Positions 37,922-48,098 of a DNA stretch of 48,098 bases are shown here, piece by piece (the stretch's first letter is position 1; the number at the start of each line of letters is the position of its first letter). The stretch spans positions 1 to 48,098 of the forward strand of contig CBDHEC010000059.1 in NCBI GenBank assembly GCA_965261975.1. The letters run 5' to 3'. The notes beneath the pieces were generated by a model. That model ran no database searches and had not been told where the DNA came from. It saw nothing but the letters and a program-made list of their open reading frames with translations. This stretch comes from Alphaproteobacteria bacterium. Lineage in GTDB: Bacteria > Pseudomonadota > Alphaproteobacteria > UBA6615. Both the position numbers and the translations under genes were made by a program.

Positions 37922-37952
37922 TCGGCCGTCCCGGAGGTACCGGGGCGGCCGA
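37922..37952 (+). terminator. Intercistronic stem-loop after urtA (attenuator or mRNA stabiliser)
   Basis: TCGGCCGTCCCGG-AGGTA-CCGGGGCGGCCGA. Confidence 0.55.
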
Positions 37953-38003
37953 TACCGGTCCCCATAATAAATAATAAACAAAACTCAAATTCGGGACGGT
38001 TTC

Positions 38004-39701
38004 ATGACAACCAGCCATGCAAGGGGCGCGGTGTGTCGACGCAGGTTAAGCGCCATCATGGGGACAGTTCTTCTGTCCTTGGCTCTTCTTGCCGCAGCAT
38101 TTATGCCCGCCAACGCACAGAGCTCGACCACAGACGAAGACCCGTTTGCCCAGGCCGTGCAGGCGCTCGATGCGCGAAAATTTTCTGACAAGGCTGCCGC
38201 CATTAACGCCCTCGGGGCGTTGGGTGATGAGCGTGCCATTGACATTCTGCAGGCCTTCGCCGATGGGCGCCTGTACCGCCGCAAGGTCGACAAGCTGGTC
38301 ATTATCGGCGATCGCGACGGGGACGGTTATCGCCTGACAAGCCCCCTTACCGGGGAACTTGCCGGCACGGTGGGTAGCCGCGATATCAAGAAAATCGTCG
38401 CCAACAACAAACTGCGCGGCCAGATCCGCGGGGTCCTTGGGCAGCTTGCCCTGTTCAGCGCGAACGCCGATGTGCGGCTTGAGGCGGCGCGTAACGTCAT
38501 TGCGAGCCCGACCGACGACGCGCTGGCCCAGCTGAAACGTGCGCGCGACCGCGAGACGGTTGCCAGGAACCGTGAGACGCTCGAGACGGGTATCGCCGTT
38601 CTCGAACTCGCATCGGATGATCGCGCGTTGCGACTGGCGGCGGTGGCCACCCTCGCGGACCGAAGTGACCCGGAGATCAAGTCGGCGCTCGAGCAGCGAC
38701 TGCTTGAAGTCGACGGTCAATTCGTCGAGCCCGACTCCGACGTACGCGCGGCGCTGCGCGAAGCGGTGGACGATATCGACGACCGCCTGGCCTTGTTCGG
38801 CCTCGCGGAGAATCTGATCTTCGGGCTCAGCCTCGGATCGGTGCTTCTGCTCGCGGCGATTGGCCTGGCGATAACCTTCGGCGTCATGGGTGTCATCAAC
38901 ATGGCCCATGGTGAGATGATCATGCTCGGGGCCTACACGACGTTCATCGTCCAGGAGATATTTCGCTCGTCGATGCCACCCGAAATCTTCGGGATGTATG
39001 TACTGGTCTCCATCCCTGCCGCGTTCCTGGTGGCCGCTGCATTCGGTGTGCTGATCGAGCGCGGCTGCATCCGGTTTCTGTATGGCCGGCCGTTGGAGAC
39101 GCTTCTGGCCACATGGGGTGTCAGCCTGATCCTGCAGCAACTCGTGCGGACCCTGTTCGGTGCCAATAATCGCGAGGTCGCAAACCCGGACTGGATTTCG
39201 GGCGCCGTGGCTTTCGGCGGCGGTGTGTCTGTGACCGTCAACCGCATCTACATCATCATCTTCTGCATCATGGTGGTGGCCGCGCTGGCGGCATTCATCC
39301 GCTATAGCCGCTTCGGCCTGCAGATGCGCGCCGTGACACAGAACCGGGGTATGGCCTCGGCGATGGGTATTCGCACGGGCCAGGTCGATGCGCTGACCTT
39401 TGCGCTGGGCTCCGGCATCGCCGGCGTCGCCGGCGTGGCGTTGAGCCAGATATCCAATGTCAGCCCCAACCTGGGCCAGAATTTTATCGTCGACAGCTTC
39501 ATGATCGTCGTCTTCGGCGGTGTCGGAAGCCTGTGGGGCACGATCGTCGGGGCCTTCAGCCTCGGCATCGTCAACAAGTTCCTCGAGCCGGTTTCCGGCG
39601 CGATCCTCGGCAAGGTGGTCGTGCTCGTGATCGTCATCCTGTTCATCCAGAAGCGCCCGCGCGGTCTGTTCGCCCTGAAGGGGCGGGCGGCCGAGGGTTG
39701 A
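38004..39701 (+). CDS. urtB: Urea ABC transporter permease UrtB
   Basis: N-terminal periplasmic domain (NNKLR), then GLAITFGVMGVINMAHGE, RPLETLLATWG and RPRGLF. Start may be 38058. Confidence 0.95.
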   Translation: MTTSHARGAVCRRRLSAIMGTVLLSLALLAAAFMPANAQSSTTDEDPFAQAVQALDARKFSDKAAAINALGALGDERAIDILQAFADGRLYRRKVDKLVIIGDRDGDGYRLTSPLTGELAGTVGSRDIKKIVANNKLRGQIRGVLGQLALFSANADVRLEAARNVIASPTDDALAQLKRARDRETVARNRETLETGIAVLELASDDRALRLAAVATLADRSDPEIKSALEQRLLEVDGQFVEPDSDVRAALREAVDDIDDRLALFGLAENLIFGLSLGSVLLLAAIGLAITFGVMGVINMAHGEMIMLGAYTTFIVQEIFRSSMPPEIFGMYVLVSIPAAFLVAAAFGVLIERGCIRFLYGRPLETLLATWGVSLILQQLVRTLFGANNREVANPDWISGAVAFGGGVSVTVNRIYIIIFCIMVVAALAAFIRYSRFGLQMRAVTQNRGMASAMGIRTGQVDALTFALGSGIAGVAGVALSQISNVSPNLGQNFIVDSFMIVVFGGVGSLWGTIVGAFSLGIVNKFLEPVSGAILGKVVVLVIVILFIQKRPRGLFALKGRAAEG

Positions 39702-39716
39702 GGGGAGGTACGGAGC

Positions 39717-40859
39717 ATGGGACCCATCTCTTCACGCCTCCTGGGCATGGAAAGCAAACGCGGCTGGACGGCCATTGTCGCCCTCGCGGTGATCGCGATT
39801 TTCGTCGTGCCGTTCCTCAACCTGGCGGTGCCCGAAGGCTCGCTGTTCCACCTCTCGACCTTCTGGGTGGCCACGCTCGGCAAGTATCTGGCCTTCGCGA
39901 TCCTCGCCTTGTCGCTCGACCTGATCTGGGGCTATGCGGGCATCCTGAGCCTCGGTCATGGCGCTTTCTTCGGCCTCGGCGGCTACGCCATGGGCATGTA
40001 CATGATGCGCCAGATCGGTGAGCGCAGCGTTTACGGCAATCCCGACCTGCCGGATTTCATGGTGTTCCTGAACTGGGACGCGCTGCCCTGGTACTGGTTC
40101 GGTTTCGACCAGTTCTGGTTCGCCGCGTTGATGGTGCTCGCCGTGCCGGGCGCGTTGGCCTTCGTTTTTGGCTGGCTTGCGTTTCGCTCGCGCATCACCG
40201 GTGTCTATTTCTCGATCATCAGCCAGGCGATGGTGTTCGCTTTCATGCTGGCTTTCTTCCGCAATGAGATGGGGTTCGGGGGCAACAACGGGCTGACGGA
40301 TTTCAAGGATATCCTCGGCTTCGAACTGTCCCGGGATGCGACCAAGGTCGGGCTGTACATCGCGACAGTGGTGTCATTGTTGATCGTCTATTTAGTGTGT
40401 CGTGCGGTGGTGACATCGAAGCTCGGGCGGCTGCTGATCGCGGTGCGTGACGCCGAAAACAGGGTCCGGTTCCTCGGTTATTCCGTGACCAACGCGAAGC
40501 TGTTCGTGTTCACCCTGTCGGCCATGATCGCCGGGCTCGCGGGCGCGCTCTATGTGCCCCAGGTGGGCATCATCAACCCCGGCGAGTTCGCGCCCGCCAA
40601 GTCCATCGAGATGGCGATCTGGGTGGCCGTCGGCGGACGCGGGACGTTGTTCGGCGCAATTCTGGGGGCTTTCGCGGTTAACGGCGCGCGCACCTATTTC
40701 ACCGCCGCGGCGCCTGAAGTCTGGCTCTTCTTCCTCGGCGCGTTGTTCATCATCGTGACCCTGGCCATGCCCAACGGGATCGTCGGTGTCTACAAATCCC
40801 TGCGGTCGGGTGAACTCACCGCCGCGATCGGGCGGAGGCTGCGACGCAACGATGGCTGA
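39717..40859 (+). CDS. urtC: Urea ABC transporter permease UrtC
   Basis: WGYAGILSLGHG, LPDFM, FGGNNGLTDF and WVAVGGRGTL motifs. Confidence 0.95.
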   Translation: MGPISSRLLGMESKRGWTAIVALAVIAIFVVPFLNLAVPEGSLFHLSTFWVATLGKYLAFAILALSLDLIWGYAGILSLGHGAFFGLGGYAMGMYMMRQIGERSVYGNPDLPDFMVFLNWDALPWYWFGFDQFWFAALMVLAVPGALAFVFGWLAFRSRITGVYFSIISQAMVFAFMLAFFRNEMGFGGNNGLTDFKDILGFELSRDATKVGLYIATVVSLLIVYLVCRAVVTSKLGRLLIAVRDAENRVRFLGYSVTNAKLFVFTLSAMIAGLAGALYVPQVGIINPGEFAPAKSIEMAIWVAVGGRGTLFGAILGAFAVNGARTYFTAAAPEVWLFFLGALFIIVTLAMPNGIVGVYKSLRSGELTAAIGRRLRRNDG

Positions 40860-41631
40860 TGTGATGACCCAACCGGAAACGACACCCGCCGCGGAACCCG
40901 CGATCCTTTACCTTGAGGGGGTGTCGGTCAGTTTCGACGGCTTCAAGGCACTCAACAGCCTGAACCTGATCATCCGGCGCGGCGAGATGCGTGCGATCAT
41001 CGGACCCAACGGTGCGGGAAAGACCACGATGATGGATGTGGTCACCGGCAAGACGCGCCCGGACACCGGCCGGGTTCTGTTCGCCGATGATGTGAACCTG
41101 ACCCATCTGGATGAGACCGACATCGCCAATCTCGGCATCGGTCGGAAGTTCCAAAAGCCGACGGTCTTCGAGAGCCTCACGGTCTTCGAGAACATCTACC
41201 TCGCCCAGAAAGCCAAGCGGACAATTACCGAGACCTTGTTTGCACGCATTCGCGGCGAACAGCTCTCCCGCATCGAGGCCACGCTGGAAACCATCCGGTT
41301 GACCGCGCGGCGCGCGGATCTGGCGGGTGATCTCAGTCATGGCCAGAAGCAATGGCTCGAGATCGGCATGCTGCTGGCCCAGGAACCCGAACTGATGCTC
41401 CTCGATGAGCCTGTGGCGGGCATGAGCGATGCCGAGACAGAGCAGACCGTGACGCTGCTGATGGAGATCGCCAAGGATCATTCGCTGGTCGTCGTCGAAC
41501 ACGACATGGAGTTCGTGCGCAATCTGGATTGCACGGTCTCGGTGCTCCATGAGGGCAGCGTTCTCGCGGAGGGGACGATGGACACGGTCCAGTCCGATCC
41601 GCGTGTTGTTGAAGTCTATCTGGGTCGCTGA
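40852..41631 (+). CDS. urtD: Urea ABC transporter ATP-binding protein UrtD
   Basis: GPNGAGKT, GIGRKFQKP, LSHGQKQWLEIG, LLDEPVAG and VYLGR motifs. Confidence 0.95.
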   Translation: MADVMTQPETTPAAEPAILYLEGVSVSFDGFKALNSLNLIIRRGEMRAIIGPNGAGKTTMMDVVTGKTRPDTGRVLFADDVNLTHLDETDIANLGIGRKFQKPTVFESLTVFENIYLAQKAKRTITETLFARIRGEQLSRIEATLETIRLTARRADLAGDLSHGQKQWLEIGMLLAQEPELMLLDEPVAGMSDAETEQTVTLLMEIAKDHSLVVVEHDMEFVRNLDCTVSVLHEGSVLAEGTMDTVQSDPRVVEVYLGR

Positions 41632-41633
41632 TC

Positions 41634-42334
41634 ATGCTCGAAGCCACCGATATCAATCTTTACTACGGCGCGAGTCATATTCTGCGTGGTGCGCATGTCT
41701 CGGCCGAACGGGGCAAAATCACCTGTCTGCTGGGGCGCAACGGCGTCGGCAAGACGTCGATGCTGCGCGGTCTGACAGGGCATGCGCCGATCCGCAGCGG
41801 CTCGGTGACGTGGGACGGTGAAAACATCGGCCGCTTGCCGCCCTTTGCGCGCGCGCGTCGTGGCATTGCCTATGTGCCGCAGGGGCGCGACGTGTTTCCC
41901 CGGCTCAGCGTTGAAGAGAATCTGATGACCGGGTTTGCCTGTCTGCCGCGAAGCGAGGCGCAGATTCCAGACCAGGTGTTCGAGCTGTTTCCGGTCTTGT
42001 CGGACATGCTGCAGCGCCGCGGCGGGGATCTTTCCGGCGGCCAGCAACAGCAGCTGGCGATCGGCCGGGCACCTTGTGACCCGGCCCCCAATTGCTGGTG
42101 CTCGACGAACCGACCGAGGGCATCCAGCCGTCCATCATCAAGGATATCGAAGGCGGTCATCCGGCTGCTGGCGGGCAGCCGGGCGACATGGCGATCCTGC
42201 TGGTCGAGCAATATTACGAATTCGCCCGCGATCTGGCCGATGATGTGGTGGTGATGGATCGGGGAGAGATCGTCCTTTCGGGCCCGATTGGCGATTTGCC
42301 CGAATCCGAGATTCGTCGGCACCTTACGGTCTAA
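41634..42334 (+). CDS. urtE: Urea ABC transporter ATP-binding protein UrtE, frameshifted after ~42070
   Basis: GRNGVGKT, YVPQGR, LSGGQQQQLAIGRA, then LDEPTEGIQPSII and LVEQY in shifted frames. Confidence 0.9.
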
Positions 42335-42354
42335 TTCAGGCAGGCTGGGTATCG

Positions 42355-43179
42355 ATGGCATCGGGACGGGCAGAGATCGAGTTCGTTGCGGCTGACGGCC
42401 GCACCCGTCTGGCGCACCTGTATCAGAGCGACCCGCTGCGCATTCTGTTCCCGAATGTCGGGCCCGGCGAGCCCGAGACCGGCACACTCGTGACCACCTC
42501 CGGCGGTCTCGTGGGCGGCGATGACCTGACGATTTCGGTCCGTTGTGACGAAGGCGCCGTGGCCCGGATCGTGGGGCAGGCGGCGGAGAAAATCTATCGT
42601 ACGACCGGTGCCGATGTGCGGATCGACATGGCGCTTTTCGCTGCGCCCGGTGGGTGGCTTGAATGGCTGCCGCAGGAAACCATCGTCTTCGACGCCGCGC
42701 GCCTGCGCCGGCGCACCCGGCTTGATGTCGACCCCGGTGCGCGGCTGCTGGCCGGCGAAATTATCGTCCTGGGGCGCACCGCCATGGGTGAGAGCGTCAC
42801 GGGCGGGCTTGTGCACGAGGCGTGGGAGGTGCGCCGCGATGGCCGCCTTGTCTGGGCGGATTCGGTGCATCTCGATGACGATCTGCCCGGGACACTGACG
42901 GCAAGTGCTGGGCTTAACGGTGCGCATGCGTTCGCCAGCATCGTCTATGTCGGCGATGACGCCGGCGATGCGATTGGACCAGCGCGCGCGCTTTTGCCCG
43001 ACACGCTGGAAGCCGATGGTCTGTGTGTCGGCGCCACCTGCGTGGGCGATGTGCTCGTTATCCGCTGGCTGGACCGCGATGCCCGACGACTGCGCGATGC
43101 CTATGGCCGGTTCTGGTCTGATTTTCGGCATGAGATGGCGGCCTTGCCTGCCGAGATGCCACGCCTGTGGGCGATCTGA
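42355..43179 (+). CDS. ureD: Urease accessory protein UreD
   Basis: [33 protein letters not shown] and PRLW motifs. Confidence 0.93.
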   Translation: MASGRAEIEFVAADGRTRLAHLYQSDPLRILFPNVGPGEPETGTLVTTSGGLVGGDDLTISVRCDEGAVARIVGQAAEKIYRTTGADVRIDMALFAAPGGWLEWLPQETIVFDAARLRRRTRLDVDPGARLLAGEIIVLGRTAMGESVTGGLVHEAWEVRRDGRLVWADSVHLDDDLPGTLTASAGLNGAHAFASIVYVGDDAGDAIGPARALLPDTLEADGLCVGATCVGDVLVIRWLDRDARRLRDAYGRFWSDFRHEMAALPAEMPRLWAI

Positions 43180-43192
43180 GAGGAATTCGAGA

Positions 43193-43495
43193 ATGCATCT
43201 GACACCCCGAGAGAAGGACAAGCTCCTCGTCGCGCTTGCGGCCGACGTGGCGCGCAAGCGCATGGCACGCGGCGTGAAGCTCAATTATCCCGAGGTGATT
43301 GCGCTGATCTCCGACTTCGTTGTCGAGGGCGCACGCGACGGGCGGTCGGTTGCCGATCTGATGAGCGCGGGCGGCGAGATTCTGAGCCGGGCCGATGTGA
43401 TGGACGGCATCGCCGAGATGATCCATGACGTCCAGGTCGAGGCGACCTTCCCCGACGGGACCAAACTGGTCACCGTCCACAACCCGATCCGGTGA
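43193..43495 (+). CDS. ureA: Urease gamma subunit
   Basis: [11 protein letters not shown]...KLNYPE...[18 protein letters not shown], 100 aa. Confidence 0.97.
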   Translation: MHLTPREKDKLLVALAADVARKRMARGVKLNYPEVIALISDFVVEGARDGRSVADLMSAGGEILSRADVMDGIAEMIHDVQVEATFPDGTKLVTVHNPIR

Positions 43496-43502
43496 GGCGA
43501 CG

Positions 43503-43814
43503 ATGATCCCAGGTGAACTTTTCCCCGCCGATGGCGAGATCGTCCTGAACGAGGGGCGCGAGACCGTGTCCGTGACCGTCGCCAATACAGGCGACCGGCC
43601 GATACAGGTTGGCTCGCATTTCCATTTCCACGAGACCAACGGCGCGCTTGATTTCGACCGCGATGCGGCGCGCGGCTTCCGGCTCGATATTCCCGCCGGC
43701 ACCGCCGTGCGCTTCGAGCCGGGACAGACCCGCGAGGTGGCGCTGGTGCGTTATGCCGGGTCGGGACAGGTGTTCGGCTTCAACGGCCGCGTCAACGGCG
43801 CGCTGGAGGGCTGA
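43503..43814 (+). CDS. ureB: Urease beta subunit
   Basis: MIPGE...[15 protein letters not shown]...[15 protein letters not shown]. Confidence 0.97.
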   Translation: MIPGELFPADGEIVLNEGRETVSVTVANTGDRPIQVGSHFHFHETNGALDFDRDAARGFRLDIPAGTAVRFEPGQTREVALVRYAGSGQVFGFNGRVNGALEG

Positions 43815-43817
43815 GAC

Positions 43818-45575
43818 ATGGCATATTCGATCAACCATGCAGACTATGCGTCGATGTTCGGCCCCACGGTGGGCGACCGGGTGCGGCTCGCCGATACCGA
43901 ACTGGTCATCGAGGTTGAGCGTGACCACACGGTCTACGGCGAAGAGGTCAAGTTCGGCGGCGGCAAGGTCATCCGCGACGGTATGGGACAATCCCAGGTA
44001 AGCCGCGCGGGTGGCGCGGTCGACACGGTCATCACCAACGCGCTGATCCTCGACCATTGGGGAATCATCAAAGCCGATGTCGGTCATCCGCGACGGCCGG
44101 ATCACGTGGGTATCGGAAAGGGTGGCAACCCGGACATCCAACCGGGAGTCGATATAATCGTTGGACCGGGTACCGAGGCGATTGCCGGCGAGGGGCGAAT
44201 CCTCACCGCCGGCGGAATTGACGCTCACATCCACTGGATCAGCCCGCAGCAGATCGAGGAGGCGCTGTATTCCGGCGTCACCACCATGATCGGCGGCGGC
44301 ACCGGCCCGGCCGACCGGAACCAATGCGACGACCTGCACGCCGGGATCCGTGGCATATCGGCAGCGCATGCTGCAGGCCGCCGAAGGTTTGCCGGTCAAT
44401 CTCGGCTTTTTCGGCAAGGGCAACGCCACGCTTGCCGGCGCGCGTTGATCGAACAGGTCAAGGGCGGCGCATGCGGCCTCAAGCTGCACGAGGACTGGGG
44501 CACGACGCCGGCGGCGATCGACACCTGCCTGTCGGTGGCCGAGGAGATGGACGTTCAGGTCGCGATCCATACCGACACGCTCAACGAATCGGGTTTCGTC
44601 GAGACATACGATTGAAGGCGTTCAAGGGCCGCACGATCCATGCGTTTCACACCGAAGGCGCCGGTGGCGGCCACGCACCGGACATCATTCGCCTGTCTGC
44701 GGCGAGGACAACGTACTGCCGTCGTCGACCAACCCGACCCGGCCCTACACGGTCAACACGGTCGACGAGCATCTTGACATGCTGATGGTCTGCCATCACC
44801 TCGATTCAGCCGTATCCCGAGGACGTGGCCTTTGCCGAGAGCCGGATCCGGCGCGAGACCATCGCCGCCGAGGACATCCTGCACGACCTGGGCGCGTTCT
44901 CGATGATCGCTTCCGACAGCCAGGCCATGGGCCGGGTCGGCGAAGTCATTCATCCGCACCTGGCAAACGGCGGACAAGATGAAGAATCCAGCGCGGCGCC
45001 TGTCGCCGGCGAGAGCGGCGACAACGACAATCTGCGCATGCCCGCCGCTACATCGCCAAATACACGATCAACCCGGCACTCGCGCACGGCATCGCCAGTC
45101 ATGGTCGGGTTCGGTCGAGGCGGCAAATGCTCGCCGACCTGGTGTTGTGGAAGCCCATGTTCTTCGGCGTCAAACCCGACGCTGATCCTCAAGGTGCGGC
45201 ACCATCGCGGGTGCCGCAATGGGCGACCCGAACGCCTCGATCCCGACGCCACAGCCGGTGCATTACCGGCCGATGTTCGGCAGCTTCGGCGCGTCGCGCT
45301 GACCGAAAGTGCGGTCTGATCAGCTTCGTCTCGCAGGCTGCGGTCGAGGCCCGGACATGGTCGGCGACACGCTTCGGTCTGTCGAAGAGCGGTGCTTGGT
45401 CGCCGTCTCCGGTACGCGCAGATCGGTCACAAGCAGTCGACATGATCCTCAACGACCTGCGAACCCGACGATGGAAGTCGACCCGGAAACCTACGAAGTG
45501 CGCGCCGATGGCGAATTGCTGACCTGCGAACCGGCGGAGGACTGGCCATGGCGCAGCGCTACTTTCCTGTTCTGA
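43818..45575 (+). CDS. ureC: Urease alpha subunit, multiple apparent frameshifts
   Basis: [78 protein letters not shown] and [12 protein letters not shown] motifs. Confidence 0.95.
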
Positions 45576-45579
45576 CGCC

Positions 45580-46141
45580 TGCGTCGAGCGAACCGAATTT
45601 GCGTCCTGCGGGGCAGTGACCACCCGGCAAGACGATGCTGAGGCCCGAACGCAAGCGTAACGCTGGATTACGACGACCGTTTTCGCCGCACGGATGCGTG
45701 TCTGGCTCGATGATAGCGGAGAGGCAGGGTTGTATGCTCGACCTCGACGACGCAACCTGCGCATGGGCGACGGCGATGGCCTGTCGGCTGGATGCGGGCG
45801 CGTGATTGTCCGCGTTCATGTGCAGCGGATGAACCGCTGTTCGTCGACAGTGCGCTGCAGCACGACGCCGGACGCGATTCGACCGCGCGCAAGCTCGCCT
45901 GGCATATCGGCAATCGGCATATGCCCTGTCGCAGGTGCTGGCCGACGGCGTGCTGCGTATCGCGCGCTTCGACGCATGTGATCGCTGGGATGCTGAGTCA
46001 CGCCATGGTGCGACCGACGCGTCTTTGCGAGCCGGAGTCCGCGTCCGCATGGAAGGTGGCGTACCGGACGACCGGAATCGGGATCAAGATCACCGGCATG
46101 GCGGCACGGTCATGGTCACGCTCACGGACATGAGTCCATGA
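45580..46141 (+). CDS. ureE: Urease accessory protein UreE, heavily frameshifted
   Basis: Fragments TLDYDDRFRR, GDGDGL and LAWHIGNRH plus a His-rich tail. Boundaries approximate. Confidence 0.75.
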
Positions 46142-46950
46142 CCCGCCACCGTGCCGAAGGTCGGCGATCGAACCGGTGCATGCCTGCAATCCGGCTTGAT
46201 GACGTGGCTGTTCAACCGGCGTTTGCTCCGGTCGGGCGCGTTCAGCTATTCTCATGGCCTGGAATACAGCCGTCGAGGCAGCGATCTGGTCACGGACCGG
46301 TCGAGTCTCAGCATGCTGTCGATGGCTCGAGTCATATCGGCACTGCGCGACGTACTGGCAGGGTACGATCGCGGCGCATTTTTTGTTGCGGCGTACCGAC
46401 GGCGATTCATCGCTGCCGATGCAGGATGCACGTTGTCTGGGTGCTCGAACGGGGCGATGCCGATGCGCCCACCCGGGAAAGCTTGGGATTGCGGCGCGGA
46501 AACATCGCGCAGGGTGATGGGCATTCGCTCGAGTCGCTGCGGTACGCCGCAGTCTGGCCGGATACCGCTAGCTCGACAAGCTTGGCGCTGGACACGGCGG
46601 CGGAATGCGGGACCGGTCGTCTACCCCGATTGCCGTCGCCGCGGTTGCCGCGGCGCATCAAGGCATTCCGAGATGACGTTGCTGCTGGGCCTATCTGCAT
46701 GCCTCGTGCGGCCAAACCATCGGTCAGCGCCGGCGTGCAAGGCCGTGCCGCTCGGTCAGACCGCCGATGGCCATTGCGTGATTCTGGCCGGCCCTCGAAG
46801 CCGAGGCCATCGAAACGCGATGAACCTGCACGACGATGCACTTGACGCGGTCAGAACCCGATGCTCGGCATTCTGGTACGGCCGTCATGGTCGACTGGGC
46901 CTCGATGCCGTTCACGAAACCCAATATTCGAGGCTCTATTCCGATCATGA
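46138..46950 (+). CDS. ureF: Urease accessory protein UreF, heavily frameshifted
   Basis: Fragments LMTWL...[16 protein letters not shown] and HETQYSRL. Stop overlaps the ureG ATG. Start approximate. Confidence 0.75.
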
Positions 46951-47604
46951 CGCAATCCCCCTTTCAGCGTTGGCATCGGCGGCCCGGTGGGCACCGGCAA
47001 AACCGCGCTCATGGAGGCTGTGCAAGACGCCTGCGCGACGATTACGATATCGCCGCGATCACCAACGACATCTACACCGAAGAGGATGCGCAGTTCCTCA
47101 TCCGGTCCGGCGCGCTGCCGGCCGAGCGCATCATGGGCGTGGAGACCGGCGGCTGCCCGCACACCGCGATTCGCGAGGACGCCTCGATCAACCTGGCCGT
47201 CGAACGCCCATGATGGCCGGACGCATTCAGGGACTCGAACTGATCGTGCTCATCGAATCCGGTGGCGACAACCTCGCCGCAACCTTCAGCGCCGGAACTG
47301 TCCGACCTGACGATCTATGTCATCGACGTCGCCGGCCGGCGAAAAGATTCCGCGCAAGGGCGGGCCGGGAATCACGCGATCGGATCTGCTGGTTATCAAC
47401 AAGATCGACCTTGCCCCTCATGTGGGTGCCGACCTGGAGGTGATGGATCGGGATTCACGTAAGATGCGTGCGGAGAGGCCCTTTCTTTTCACCAACCTTA
47501 AATCAGGACAAGGGCTGGAAGATGTCGCCCACTTCGTTTTGACCGCCGGCGGGTTCGAGGATACATCTAGTGCGCCTCACAACCAGTCGGCTGTCGCCCC
47601 GTAA
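46947..47604 (+). CDS. ureG: Urease accessory GTPase UreG, frameshifted
   Basis: [50 protein letters not shown] and NKIDLA motifs. Confidence 0.92.
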
Positions 47605-47616
47605 GAAACCCACAGG

Positions 47617-47817
47617 ATGATCAACATGAACAAGTTACTCACCGCGGCCGTTGCGTCTGCCGCAAGCCTCATCGCCGCACCGGCTTTCGCACATGTGACG
47701 GGTGTCGCGCACGAGGCCGGCGCGGGGCATCCCGTGTTCGGGATCGACCATCTCCTGGCGTTGCTGGCCGTCGGCGTCGTGGCGGGTGTCGTCGTCGTCC
47801 GGAACCGACGCCGCTAG
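47617..47817 (+). CDS. Very short HupE/UreJ-like membrane peptide
   Basis: Signal peptide ending AFA-H, then HPVFGIDHLLALLAVG (the HupE/UreJ HPxxGxDH signature), one TM segment and a basic tail RNRRR. Only 63-66 aa. Confidence 0.7.
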   Translation: MINMNKLLTAAVASAASLIAAPAFAHVTGVAHEAGAGHPVFGIDHLLALLAVGVVAGVVVVRNRRR

Positions 47818-48098
47818 CTAGCCGCGGGCTTCCGCGATGGCCCGCCAGACCCGATCGGGCGTGGCAGGCATGTCGAGATGTTCGACGCCGACCTCGGCGA
47901 GCGCGTTCATGATGGCATTCATCATGGCCGGGAGCGCGCCGACCGTGCCGGCCTCGCCGGCACCCTTCACCCCCAGCGGATTGCGTGCCGTGGGAACGCC
48001 GTTGCCGACGATCTCGATGTTCGAGAAATTGTCGGCTCGCGGCATCGCATAGTCCATGAAGGAACCGCTCAACAGCTGGCCGCTGTCGGGATCGTAGG
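47818..48098 (-). CDS. C-terminus of a second xanthine dehydrogenase/CoxL-family large subunit (runs off the window)
   Basis: GQLLSGSFMDYAMPRA, NPLGVKGAGEAGTVGA and DMPATPDRVWRA motifs. Confidence 0.9.
   Translation of the reverse strand, partial: YDPDSGQLLSGSFMDYAMPRADNFSNIEIVGNGVPTARNPLGVKGAGEAGTVGALPAMMNAIMNALAEVGVEHLDMPATPDRVWRAIAEARG

Noticed and set aside
36576-38018. Long antisense and alternative-frame ORFs (e.g. 36576-38018 -, 19924-21573 +, 22259-23743 -, 24695-26014 -, 6658-7872 -)
   Set aside because: Shadow ORFs of high-GC3 genes on the opposite strand, with no motifs of their own.
1-48098. CRISPR array, tRNA/rRNA, IS element or prophage
   Set aside because: No regularly spaced repeats, cloverleaf or rRNA-like segments, and no transposase, integrase or phage structural motifs were seen by eye.

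Overview
GC-rich bacterial window, most consistent with an Alphaproteobacterium (inferred from gene content and codon style). About 1-36 kb is a dense, regulator-free patchwork of catabolic and redox enzymes. These include alpha/beta hydrolases, amidohydrolases, a Mo-hydroxylase large subunit, a deiodinase-like protein, CocE/NonD, a CoA-transferase, valine-catabolism genes, a GMC oxidase, a BVMO and MFS carriers. About 36.4-47.8 kb is a sigma54/NtrC-type urea uptake plus urease locus (urtABCDE-ureDABCEFG plus a very short HupE/UreJ-like ORF). Many indels occur in ~1-5.4 kb and ~42-47.3 kb; they look like long-read consensus errors, and the centre is clean. The most unusual element is a lone lower-GC gene at 16958-18733. 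It is one 592-codon frame broken by a single TAG, carries a C-terminal RX4H (HEPN-like) motif, and sits between a 6-bp direct repeat in a convergent intergenic gap, which makes it a candidate acquired anti-phage or toxin RNase. A second in-frame stop (TGA) interrupts a disulfide-reductase gene. No rRNA, tRNA, CRISPR array, integrase or transposase was recognised. All family calls come from motif recognition; no database search was run.
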